The position numbers and the translations under genes are program-made. From Metallosphaera javensis (ex Hofmann et al. 2022) (lineage in GTDB: Archaea > Thermoproteota > Thermoprotei_A > Sulfolobales > Sulfolobaceae), in assembly GCF_022064045.1 (NCBI RefSeq), contig NZ_JAKNCW010000005.1:126545-150544 (forward strand): 24,000 nucleotides of DNA. Reading direction: 5' to 3'. The notes beneath the pieces are model-generated. The model was given only the letters and a program-made list of their open reading frames with translations, did not search any database and was not told where the DNA came from. Below, piece after piece: positions 8,568-16,215 of the stretch. Numbering within the stretch: the stretch's first letter is position 1; the number at the start of each line of letters is the position of its first letter.

Positions 8568-9105
8568 GTTAAATAATAGGGCGAGCGAGAAGGTCTGGTT
8601 CAGGGAACTGGTTCTCTGCATACTCACGGCTAACTCAAGCTTCATCGGGGCCTTCACAGCCCTTCAGTCCTTGGGAGATCTCATCCTTTACGGATCAGCT
8701 GAGGAGATATCCAAGGTTCTCAAGGAAACGGGCTACAGGTTTCCAAACCTTAAGGCAAAATACATCGTTAGGAGCAGATCGCATTACGGCAAGCTTAAGG
8801 AGATTGGGCGGGTAGCCGATAAGGATCAGATTGAGGCTAGGGAGATGTTACTGGAAGTCCAGGGTCTTGGAATGAAGGAGGCCAGTCACTTTCTCAGGAA
8901 CATGGGATATCTGGACTTGGCAATAATTGACAGACATATATTACGCTTTTTCTCCGATTATCTGGAAGACCGCAAAATCTCCTCAAGGAAGAGGTACCTA
9001 GAACTGGAGTCTGTACTCAGGGGTATAGCATCAGCCCTGGACCTTCCAGTGGGAGTGCTGGACCTCTACATCTGGTATCTCAAAACGGGCAAGATAGCCA
9101 AGTAG
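8500..9105 (+). CDS. ogg: N-glycosylase/DNA lyase, Ogg2-type 8-oxoguanine DNA glycosylase (HhH-GPD superfamily)
   Basis: 201 aa. WFRELVLCILTANSS and the helix-hairpin-helix QGLGMKEASHFLRNMGY...IIDRHI match archaeal Ogg proteins from memory. GTG 8500 is the only in-frame start upstream of the conserved block. Confidence 0.85.
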   Translation: MLRKVVRDARLRARVLERVEEFRLNNRASEKVWFRELVLCILTANSSFIGAFTALQSLGDLILYGSAEEISKVLKETGYRFPNLKAKYIVRSRSHYGKLKEIGRVADKDQIEAREMLLEVQGLGMKEASHFLRNMGYLDLAIIDRHILRFFSDYLEDRKISSRKRYLELESVLRGIASALDLPVGVLDLYIWYLKTGKIAK

Positions 9106-9135
9106 GTATCCTCATTTACTCTAGTTAGAAAAAAG

Positions 9136-9143
9136 TATATAAA
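9136..9143 (+). promoter_or_regulatory. strong orphan TATA box with an A-rich BRE
   Basis: AGAAAAAAG-TATATAAA is bracketed by the inverted repeat CTAGTT (9121-9126) / AACTAG (9142-9147). The predicted TSS near 9166 is about 150 nt upstream of serA. Confidence 0.4.
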
Positions 9144-9172
9144 CTAGTGAATATCGATTAAAGTGACTAAAC

Positions 9173-9296
9173 ATGAATGGCCAACCGGTTACTACGCGTG
9201 ACCAACACTATTTTAATCAATATTATGTTTCTAAATATTTCTATTTCTCTATTTCCCTTTCATCTATTTCATCATCACTCTCATCCTGTTAAATAA
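9173..9296 (+). other. two overlapping 39-codon sORFs (ATG 9173, Ser-rich; ATG 9177, hydrophobic and His-rich)
   Basis: Hand translation of 9173-9292 gives MNGQPVTTRDQHYFNQYYVSKYFYFSISLSSISSSLSSC. Hand translation of 9177-9296 gives MANRLLRVTNTILINIMFLNISISLFPFHLFHHHSHPVK. Both begin 7-11 nt after the predicted TSS. Both are below the 60-aa cutoff of the ORF track. Confidence 0.2.
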
Positions 9297-9298
9297 TT
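9289..9298 (+). promoter_or_regulatory. proximal TATA candidate for serA
   Basis: TTAAATAATT is centred about 25 nt upstream of ATG 9318, which is leaderless spacing. The stop codons of both sORFs lie inside it. Confidence 0.35.
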
Positions 9299-9317
9299 CT
9301 CTTGAAGGTGAACAAGG

Positions 9318-10289
9318 ATGGCAGATAACTTTATGGGTGGTTCTCTAGCTAAAGAAAATCTAACCATACTAATAACCGATCCAATTGACGAGTACATGAT
9401 AAGGACACTGAAAACCAAGGGTCTCAGGGTAAACTATCAGCCCGATATAGATAGGGAGGAGTTACTGAAGGTAGTGGAGAACTATGACGTACTGGTGGTC
9501 AGGAGCAGAACCAAGGTTGACAAGGAGGTCATAGAGAGAGGGAAGAGGTTGAGGGTTATAGCTAGGGCAGGAATAGGTGTGGATAACATAGATACGGAGG
9601 AAGCCGAGAGGAGAAAGATCAGGGTCGTATATGCGCCAGGTGCTTCTACCGATTCCGCTGCAGAGTTGACGATAGGTCTAATGTTAGCCGGAGCTCGCAA
9701 CATGTTTACCTCCATGACCTTGGCTAAGTCTGGTATATACAAGAAAACTGAAGGAGTCGAATTGAGTGGAAAGACAATTGGAATAATAGGATTCGGAAGA
9801 ATAGGGTATAAGGTTGGGGTTATTGCAAAGGCCATGGGCATGAACGTCTTGGCGTACGATGTAATCGATGTCTCCAATAGGGCTGCGGAGATCGGAGCTA
9901 GAGCGGTTTCCTTGGATGAACTGGTTACCCAGTCCGACGTGATTAGCATTCATGTGACTGTAGGGAAGGACGCTAAACCAATACTGACCTCCAGAGAGTT
10001 TGAAATGATGAAGAAGGGAGTCATCATAGTCAACACAAGCAGGGCAGTGGCTGTTGACGGAAAGGCCCTCCTTCATTACATAAAGGAGGGAAAGGTTATG
10101 TCCTACGCCACAGACGTGTTCTGGCACGAACCACCAAAGGAGGAGTGGGAGCTAGAACTGCTCAGGCACGAAAGGGTCACAGTCACCACCCATATAGGGG
10201 CACAGACCAAGGAGGCACAGTACAGGGTTGCCGTCATGACCACGGAAAACCTGTTGAGGGCTTTACAGGAGCTCGGTGTTAAACTTTGA
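9318..10289 (+). CDS. serA: D-3-phosphoglycerate dehydrogenase / D-isomer-specific 2-hydroxyacid dehydrogenase (short form, no ACT domain)
   Basis: 323 aa. The NAD-binding motif GIIGFGRIG is present, along with the family-typical layout and the RxxxxD/H catalytic region (HIGAQT). Confidence 0.75.
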   Translation: MADNFMGGSLAKENLTILITDPIDEYMIRTLKTKGLRVNYQPDIDREELLKVVENYDVLVVRSRTKVDKEVIERGKRLRVIARAGIGVDNIDTEEAERRKIRVVYAPGASTDSAAELTIGLMLAGARNMFTSMTLAKSGIYKKTEGVELSGKTIGIIGFGRIGYKVGVIAKAMGMNVLAYDVIDVSNRAAEIGARAVSLDELVTQSDVISIHVTVGKDAKPILTSREFEMMKKGVIIVNTSRAVAVDGKALLHYIKEGKVMSYATDVFWHEPPKEEWELELLRHERVTVTTHIGAQTKEAQYRVAVMTTENLLRALQELGVKL

Positions 10290-11407
10290 TGCTCATTCCA
10301 GGTCCAGTAAACGTTCCAAGAAGTGTGGCCCAGAATTCCACAGTCGTGGTTAATCATAGATCCGAGAAGTTCAGAGGAGTGGTTGCTCAACTTGAGCACC
10401 TTTTAAAGGGTGCGTTTTTCTCCTCTAGGGTTGCCCTGCTCACTGGATCTGGAACTCTTGCTGTGGAGTCCATGGTGTTCTCCCTTCTGAAGAAGGGGGA
10501 AAAGGTCATCGTGTTGACTTACGGGGAGTTCAGCGAGAGATTGCTGGACTCGGTAGTAAGAAGGGGTACCTCTGCAGTAGTGTATAGGAAACCCTTCGGG
10601 GAGATATTTTCGGAGGAGGAGATAAAGGAGATACTTGATACCAACAAGGACGCTACGGCCCTAGCATTTGTTCATAACGAGACCAGTACTGGTATAGCAT
10701 TCAGGAATTTGAGGAGGGTTGTGAAATTGGCTAAGGATATGGGACTGAAGGTTCTGGTGGACTCCGTTTCAGGTTTCGGTGCCTACGAAATAAGGGTAAA
10801 CGAGTGGAACATAGACGCAGTAGCAACAGGTAGCCAGAAGGCGCTAGCCTCTGTCCCAGGCATGGGCCTGGTCGGGCTATCGGAGGAAGGAATCCGCAAC
10901 CTTCAGGACGATGCGCCAAACTACCTCAACCTCAAGCTTCACCTTAAATTCCAGGATAGAAGGGAAACTCCTTTCACTCCTGCAGTGGGCGTATTCTTTT
11001 CTACACTGAGAGCCACAGAACTTCTTCACCAGGAAGGCGTTGAGAGGAGATGGAAGAGACATGAAGCATGTGCCAGGTTCGTGCGAAGTATAACTGCCAA
11101 GGCAGGTTTCTCTTTACTTGGAAATGAGAGTAATTTTTCCAATACAGTGGTAGCTGGGGCTCCTCCAGTTTCACCTAAATCCATGATAGAGGAACTTTCG
11201 AAGAGAGGAATAGAGATCTCAGGGGGAATTGGCGAGCTCAAGGATAAGATAGTGAGAATAGGAACTCTGGGAATGATAGATGATAGGGCCGTACTCAGAT
11301 TGAGATACGCACTGTCGGATATACTTAAGGTAGATTTGAACGATGTCCCCTCTGCAGACTGCAAACTTCCAGATTCTATAGCTCAAGAAATGGACTGGGA
11401 TAACTAA
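10286..11407 (+). CDS. class-V PLP aminotransferase (serine-pyruvate / phosphoserine aminotransferase-like)
   Basis: 373 aa. [12 protein letters not shown] contains the PLP lysine motif of AGXT-type class-V enzymes, and HNETSTG is also present. The start (TTG 10286 or ATG 10289) overlaps the serA stop. Confidence 0.8.
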   Translation: MMLIPGPVNVPRSVAQNSTVVVNHRSEKFRGVVAQLEHLLKGAFFSSRVALLTGSGTLAVESMVFSLLKKGEKVIVLTYGEFSERLLDSVVRRGTSAVVYRKPFGEIFSEEEIKEILDTNKDATALAFVHNETSTGIAFRNLRRVVKLAKDMGLKVLVDSVSGFGAYEIRVNEWNIDAVATGSQKALASVPGMGLVGLSEEGIRNLQDDAPNYLNLKLHLKFQDRRETPFTPAVGVFFSTLRATELLHQEGVERRWKRHEACARFVRSITAKAGFSLLGNESNFSNTVVAGAPPVSPKSMIEELSKRGIEISGGIGELKDKIVRIGTLGMIDDRAVLRLRYALSDILKVDLNDVPSADCKLPDSIAQEMDWDN

Positions 11408-11428
11408 TTTTTTATTTATTTAAAACAG

Positions 11429-11737
11429 GTGTCTCGTATGAGTCAAGACGAAGCTCCAGGGATTAACCCTTTGACGCAGGTTTATGTGGGGAGCTGGAGA
11501 GACAGGCTTACTTCCTACGAGAGGGCACGAATAATTAGTGCCAGGGCACTCCAGCTGGCCATGGGTGCTTCTCCCCTTATTGATGTTTCCTCAGCTGGAC
11601 TTGAAGGAGCTAGCTCACTTAGGATAGCTGAGGAAGAGTTTAGATCCAACCTCTTACCCATTAGTGTAAGGAGGAGGTTTCCCAACGGAAAAGTTGAGCT
11701 TATCTCTGTAATGAAGCTTAGCTCAAAGAAGCCTTAA
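11429..11737 (+). CDS. rpoK: DNA-directed RNA polymerase subunit K (Rpo6 / Rpb6 / omega family)
   Basis: LTSYERARIISARALQLAMGASPL is the Rpo6 signature. ATG 11438 may be the true start, because a T-rich TATA-like tract lies at 11408-11425. Confidence 0.85.
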   Translation: MSRMSQDEAPGINPLTQVYVGSWRDRLTSYERARIISARALQLAMGASPLIDVSSAGLEGASSLRIAEEEFRSNLLPISVRRRFPNGKVELISVMKLSSKKP

Positions 11738-11744
11738 TCTGGCG

Positions 11745-11795
11745 ATGATGTGAGTCATGCCAAATGATCGGTGAAGACAAACCTGGGGTATCTGA
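11745..11795 (+). ncRNA. candidate box C/D sRNA in the rpoK 3' region
   Basis: Layout is ATGATGT (C, 11745-11751), 12 nt, ATGA (D', 11764-11767), 3 nt TCG, GTGAAGA (C', 11771-11777), 14 nt, CTGA (D, 11792-11795). Total 51 nt, starting 8 nt after the rpoK stop. The D'-loop-C' core RTGATCGRTGA is shared with the 3068-3116 candidate. Confidence 0.3.
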
Positions 11796-11855
11796 GTATA
11801 TTGGATTAGGCATCACGAACCAAGTTAAGAAATCGTTAAAACCTCTGAGAACTCT

Positions 11856-11883
11856 AAAAAATTTAAAAAGGCTATAAAGCCTT
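11856..11883 (-). terminator. cdv operon terminator candidate (hairpin plus oligo-T)
   Basis: The minus strand reads AAGGCT-TTAT-AGCCTT, a 6-bp stem that includes the last cdvC codons and the TAG stop. It is followed by TTTTT-AAA-TTTTTT. Confidence 0.45.
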
Positions 11884-12981
11884 GAACTTTTCGTGCCACG
11901 CTGCGTATGCCTTTAACATATCCTGGTTAACGCTTGGCTTCCTGACCTTAAGCACTTCCCTGAAATCATCCATGTTTATCGCTCTGGGCTCCTGCAGGTT
12001 CTTTTCAAACATTTCCTTCACCACTCTCATGTGAGCCGATTGAACTATGTCTCTAATATCACTGGCCGTATATCCATCAGTCAATTCAGCAAGTTCCTCA
12101 AGGTTCACGTTTGGATCCAGCTTCACCTTGGAAGAGTAATGCTTCAATAACTCTAACCTGTGGGCCTTGTCTGGAAGGGTGATATATATCCTCTTCTGGA
12201 ATCTTCTCAGGAACGGTTCATCCAATCTCCACGGCTTATTGGTCGCCCCTATGACATACACTCTGGAAATCTCGTTTTTGTCGGCTAATCCGTCCATCTC
12301 CTTGAGGAATTGGTTCCTAACCCTGGCCTCTCCACCCACCTCTGATGTGTAGGAGGCAAGCAACGCATCCAGCTCATCTATGAAGATGATGGCAGGTTTG
12401 TTCTCCTTTTTAGAGAGCTCCCTGGCAGTCTTGAATATCTTGGCTACGTTCTTCTCCGCCTCTCCAAGCCACTTTGACATGATTGAGGCCGCATCCACAT
12501 GAATGAACTCCGAGTCAAGTTCGTTTGCTACTGCGGCCGCTATCATGGTTTTTCCACATCCTGGAGGACCATACAATAAGATCCCCCTAGGCCAGCCCAA
12601 CGGGAAGAGGTCTGGTCTCTTGCTAGGATAAACTACTGCCTCCTTCAGAGCTTCTTTCACGTCCTCTAGTCCAACAATTTCGTTCAGGGTCACCTTGGGT
12701 TTTTCCTTCATGACTATCTCTTCTTCACTTTTTTCAGTCTCTTCTCCTCCCTCCGGAACCATTTGGTTTAGCGTATCCAGCCTCTTCTTGTACTCGTTGA
12801 TCATCTGCTCATAGGCGTTCCTGGCAACCATATCAGGGTAGAGGGTAACGATCTGTGTAAGCACCTCAATCGCCTTCTTGTAATTGTTGATGGCATCCTC
12901 CCTTCTCCCCTCCTTGTCAGCCCTAACCGCGGCTATGGCATACTTCCTTGCCATTTCTTCCAGCATCACCTGGGCACTCAT
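11872..12981 (-). CDS. cdvC: Vps4-like AAA+ ATPase with an N-terminal MIT domain (CdvC)
   Basis: 369 aa. It has an N-terminal helical MIT-like region, Walker A GPPGCGKT, Walker B IIFIDELD and the [25 protein letters not shown] lies 9-13 nt upstream of the ATG, inside the cdvB 3' end. Confidence 0.93.
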   Translation of the reverse strand: MSAQVMLEEMARKYAIAAVRADKEGRREDAINNYKKAIEVLTQIVTLYPDMVARNAYEQMINEYKKRLDTLNQMVPEGGEETEKSEEEIVMKEKPKVTLNEIVGLEDVKEALKEAVVYPSKRPDLFPLGWPRGILLYGPPGCGKTMIAAAVANELDSEFIHVDAASIMSKWLGEAEKNVAKIFKTARELSKKENKPAIIFIDELDALLASYTSEVGGEARVRNQFLKEMDGLADKNEISRVYVIGATNKPWRLDEPFLRRFQKRIYITLPDKAHRLELLKHYSSKVKLDPNVNLEELAELTDGYTASDIRDIVQSAHMRVVKEMFEKNLQEPRAINMDDFREVLKVRKPSVNQDMLKAYAAWHEKFKAL

Positions 12982-12986
12982 CTGAG

Positions 12987-13805
12987 TCAGGCCTCCAGTG
13001 CTATTAGACCCTTCTTAGCTAGGTTGTTCAGTATCCCAAGGACTTCATTCTTGTCCACCCCATACTCCGCAGCCACCAGGGACACATCAAGTATACCCCC
13101 ACTGTTCCTTATAAGGGTCAGAAGTTCCTCCTCTCCTATCTTTCTTCTAACCACCTTGGGTTCGGATGGAGGATACGGAAGCCCTATCATACTAGGCTCC
13201 ATGGGAGTTACACTCTCCTTGGGAGGATGAGGTAAATCGAGCTTGGGCATCCTTTCACTGATCTTAGTTTCAGCTGTCTTTCTGGCCTCATCAAGTATCC
13301 TCCTTGCCTCATCGTCTACCGTAGGGACAAGAGATCTATCGCTTACCGTCATTCCCGTTTCGACGGCAATGCTATTCACGCTACTTATAATCGAATCCAA
13401 AGCTATGGCCACTTCTGGAGCCACTCCTCTTACTTGCTCCTTCAAGCTCTCCAAAGTCCTTCCTACGGGACCAATCATGGAAGACACCCCCTGGATATCG
13501 TGAATGGTTTCCAATCTAATCCTAACCTTCTCTATGGCCAGCCTCGCAGTGTAAACTATTTTCATGATTTTCCTTATTTCCGAAATTTCCTGAGCGTAAA
13601 TGGTAGCCCTGGTCATCTCCCCGTTCTCCTGGGACCTCACTACCTTGTCGAAGAGGTCCTTGTCCCTATCCTCCAGCTTCCTCATGGTTTCGTCGAGCTT
13701 GTCCTGCTGATCTCTCAATTTAATAGAAATTTCAGTTAATTTGGAAGATAACAACATCTGTTCATCTTTCTTCCTTGTAATGTTGAAAAGTAAGCTTAAC
13801 TTCAT
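12987..13805 (-). CDS. cdvB: ESCRT-III (Snf7/Vps2-family) protein with a C-terminal winged-helix-like domain (CdvB)
   Basis: 272 aa. Long helical-hairpin heptad-rich core, a Pro-rich linker ([30 protein letters not shown]), and a C-terminal [48 protein letters not shown]. The gene ends 5 nt upstream of cdvC. Confidence 0.9.
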   Translation of the reverse strand: MKLSLLFNITRKKDEQMLLSSKLTEISIKLRDQQDKLDETMRKLEDRDKDLFDKVVRSQENGEMTRATIYAQEISEIRKIMKIVYTARLAIEKVRIRLETIHDIQGVSSMIGPVGRTLESLKEQVRGVAPEVAIALDSIISSVNSIAVETGMTVSDRSLVPTVDDEARRILDEARKTAETKISERMPKLDLPHPPKESVTPMEPSMIGLPYPPSEPKVVRRKIGEEELLTLIRNSGGILDVSLVAAEYGVDKNEVLGILNNLAKKGLIALEA

Positions 13806-13823
13806 CCTAAAGAAATAGGTTGG

Positions 13824-14543
13824 TCACTGTGTGCTTAAGACTTTAACAGGTATTGGTGTAGGTAATTCCGTCCTGCTAAGATCGGGCTTTGTTGATGACT
13901 CGGTTCCATTGGTGAGGGACCCTGCTCCTTTTATATCTAACCCACTATCTCTATCACTCAGGTCCAGTTTCTCCATGGTCTTTCTTATGTCATCCTTCTC
14001 TACAATGTAACTCTCCTTAGCCTGCCTCAGTATCTCTATGGAGCCCTTGTATGCACTCTCAGTCAGTTCAGCTGCTATATAACTCATTTTCACTGCGATC
14101 ATTGCCCTGTCTATATGAGTGATCTGATCCTCCACTTCATTGAGTCTGCTCTTTAGCTTGCTTTTAATTTTGGCATAATCCTCCCTTATTTTCACCATTT
14201 CGGAATCAAGTTTCCTTTTCATATCATCATAGGAAGACTTTGGAATTTCCTGCTTTGCGTATAACTCCTCTAGTGCCCTCTGCCTCTTCCTTATTTTCTC
14301 CATTTGCATTATAGATTTCATAGAGTCGGCCTTCCAATCGGGAAGGATAGCCAGTACATCATTAACCAGTGATATCCTGGACGGATCTAACGTGGAGAAA
14401 GTGTTCCCGTATGCAACCTCTATCCCGGTCACCGTTCCGTCCACTTCTGTATAAACATGGACAATGTAGCCTACCTCTCTCCCGTAAACGTCCTTCACCT
14501 TTTGACCTATGAATTTCATTAAATTATCATACGATATAGCCAT
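13824..14543 (-). CDS. cdvA: CdvA, cell-division protein (PRC-barrel-like N-domain, coiled coil, C-terminal ESCRT-III-binding tail)
   Basis: 239 aa. N-terminus is [33 protein letters not shown], followed by a long charged coiled coil. The tail is [24 protein letters not shown] lies 8-13 nt upstream of the ATG. The gene ends 18 nt upstream of cdvB. Confidence 0.9.
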   Translation of the reverse strand: MAISYDNLMKFIGQKVKDVYGREVGYIVHVYTEVDGTVTGIEVAYGNTFSTLDPSRISLVNDVLAILPDWKADSMKSIMQMEKIRKRQRALEELYAKQEIPKSSYDDMKRKLDSEMVKIREDYAKIKSKLKSRLNEVEDQITHIDRAMIAVKMSYIAAELTESAYKGSIEILRQAKESYIVEKDDIRKTMEKLDLSDRDSGLDIKGAGSLTNGTESSTKPDLSRTELPTPIPVKVLSTQ

Positions 14544-14603
14544 AGGTATTACTCCTCAAAAATAGAGGTTACTCCAAGAATGGCTTAAAAGGCTTAGTGC
14601 CCC

Positions 14604-14651
14604 TCAGAGTAGGTTGTTCTTCATCTAATACGCGCTTTTAACCTTCATCAT
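14604..14651 (-). ncRNA. candidate box C/D sRNA or K-turn element upstream of cdvA
   Basis: The minus strand has a perfect ATGATGA (C, 14651-14645), then 20 nt with no clear D' box, then ATGAAGA (C'), 10 nt, and CTGA (D, 14607-14604). Total 48 nt. A symmetric TATA (14677-14686) is centred about 30 nt upstream of box C. Confidence 0.33.
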
Positions 14652-14676
14652 TGGTAAAGGTAATTCCGGGGGACAA

Positions 14677-14686
14677 TTTAAATAAA
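14677..14686. promoter_or_regulatory. near-symmetric TATA element, possibly bidirectional
   Basis: It reads TTTAAATAAA on plus and TTTATTTAAA on minus. It sits about 27 nt before TTG 14709 (33 nt before ATG 14715) on plus, and about 30 nt before the box C at 14651 on minus. Confidence 0.35.
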
Positions 14687-14714
14687 CTTTCCATGTCTAA
14701 TAAAAGGTTTGATC

Positions 14715-14963
14715 ATGACGTTACAGACGCTTGTAAACGTAACAAATCAGTTGTTCCATCCATTAAGCTTCAACACTGAGCCTTTATCAATAACACTGAT
14801 AGCAATGGGGCTCATAGTGCTGTTCCTGGTGGCCATAGGGGGAATGGTTTACGGTCTCTTCAAGGCAGTTAAAGCTGTACCCAACTTAACCACTAAACAA
14901 TTCATTCTCTTCCTCCTGCTGTTGGCCGTTGGTCTGGTAGTGGTAGGGATATTGCTGCCGTAA
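14715..14963 (+). CDS. small membrane protein with two predicted TM helices, divergent from cdvA
   Basis: The hydrophobic stretches ITLIAMGLIVLFLVAIGGMVYGLF and FILFLLLLAVGLVVVGILL are the evidence. Start is ATG 14715 or TTG 14709. Confidence 0.5.
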   Translation: MTLQTLVNVTNQLFHPLSFNTEPLSITLIAMGLIVLFLVAIGGMVYGLFKAVKAVPNLTTKQFILFLLLLAVGLVVVGILLP

Positions 14964-14964
14964 A

Positions 14965-16215
14965 CTAGAGTCTCCTGCCAAGATATTCAAATCCAAATTC
15001 GTTTTCAATTTCAAGTAATCTGTTATATTTTGAAGTTCTTTCCCCTCTTGAGGGTGCTCCTGTTTTAATGAAGTCGCTATTCAGTCCCACAGCCAGATCG
15101 GCAATGAAGCTATCTTCAGTTTCACCGCTCCTGTGACTGACCACGGTCTTTATGGAGTTGTCCCTTGCTAAATCGAAGAATTCGATGGTCTCAGTTAGCG
15201 TTCCGATCTGGTTTGCCTTGACGATAACTCCTTTTGCGGATTTCATCTCAATTCCTTTCCTCAGGTATTTCACGTTTGTAGTGAAGATATCATCTCCAGT
15301 AATAATGACATTCTTGATCCTATTTTGTAACTCGGAATATCTACCGAAATCGTTCTCCTCAAATGGATCTTCCAGATACAGTAAAGGGTAACGACTTGCT
15401 ATGTCCGCATAGAAATCTATCATTTCATCTGGGGACTTAGCTGTATTGTCTATTTCATACACTCCCTTCTCAGGGTTGTAAAAGTCCGATGCAGCAGCAT
15501 CCATTCCCATGAAGACTCTACCCTCCATTCCTGACCTCTTAATTGCCTCATATACGAGCTTTAGCGCATCCTCAGTCACACTAAGAGGTGGGGAGATCCC
15601 TCCCTCATCACCTAAGGCAGTGTATATCTTTCCGTACCTTTCTGTGACCAGGGATTTCAGTGTTTTATAGATCTTTGTGGAGGCAACCAAGGCCTCTTTG
15701 AGGGTATCAAACTTAGCTGGAATGATCATGAATTCTTGGATCTTCAACATGTTACCGGCGTGTAGTCCCCCATTCAAGATGTTCAGCAGTGGTACCGGTA
15801 GCGTATGTGTTCTAGCCCCACCAATATACATAAAGGGCTCCAATCCCATGGAAAGGGACGCGGTCTTGGCTACAGCAATGGATGTAGCTATAGTGGCGTT
15901 AGCTCCTAACCTGGACTTGTTCTCCGTTCCGTCCAACTCTATCATCAGCTTATCTATTCTTCCCTGTTCTCTCACATCCAGTCCCGTGAGTGCAGGTGAA
16001 ATGTAATAGTTTATGGAGTCCACAGCTCCTTTGACCGAACCATCCTTGTCCCTGAGCTCTATAGCTTCCCTGGTACCTTTGGAAGCCCCTGAGGGCGCAT
16101 CACCTGTTGCTCTAACTCCGGACTCCAAAGTGACCTTGGCCCTAACAGTTAGATTTCCCCTAGAATCAATGATCTCGTAACCCTGGACCTTAGCTATTGA
16201 GAAACCGTTCATCAT
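14965..16215 (-). CDS. eno: enolase (2-phosphoglycerate dehydratase)
   Basis: 416 aa. [19 protein letters not shown], and [10 protein letters not shown] (corresponding to the enolase IKxNQIGTxxE motif). Confidence 0.95.
   Translation of the reverse strand: MMNGFSIAKVQGYEIIDSRGNLTVRAKVTLESGVRATGDAPSGASKGTREAIELRDKDGSVKGAVDSINYYISPALTGLDVREQGRIDKLMIELDGTENKSRLGANATIATSIAVAKTASLSMGLEPFMYIGGARTHTLPVPLLNILNGGLHAGNMLKIQEFMIIPAKFDTLKEALVASTKIYKTLKSLVTERYGKIYTALGDEGGISPPLSVTEDALKLVYEAIKRSGMEGRVFMGMDAAASDFYNPEKGVYEIDNTAKSPDEMIDFYADIASRYPLLYLEDPFEENDFGRYSELQNRIKNVIITGDDIFTTNVKYLRKGIEMKSAKGVIVKANQIGTLTETIEFFDLARDNSIKTVVSHRSGETEDSFIADLAVGLNSDFIKTGAPSRGERTSKYNRLLEIENEFGFEYLGRRL

Noticed and set aside
9268-9278. 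Minus-strand GTGATGATGA (a box-C-like sequence) in the ogg-serA spacer.
   Set aside because: No CUGA occurs anywhere downstream on that strand within 100 nt. The motif is a by-product of the TCATCATCAC pyrimidine tract.
10004-10040. AATGATGAAGAAGGGAGTCATCAT inside serA, which has a perfect box C and an inverted TCATCAT.
   Set aside because: It lies in the middle of a well-supported CDS (it encodes [10 protein letters not shown]). No CUGA follows at sRNA spacing.
14987-14995. TTCAAATCC, which resembles a tRNA T-arm/loop.
   Set aside because: It is not preceded by GG. No acceptor, D-arm or anticodon-arm complementarity can be built around it, and it lies inside the 3' end of the enolase CDS.
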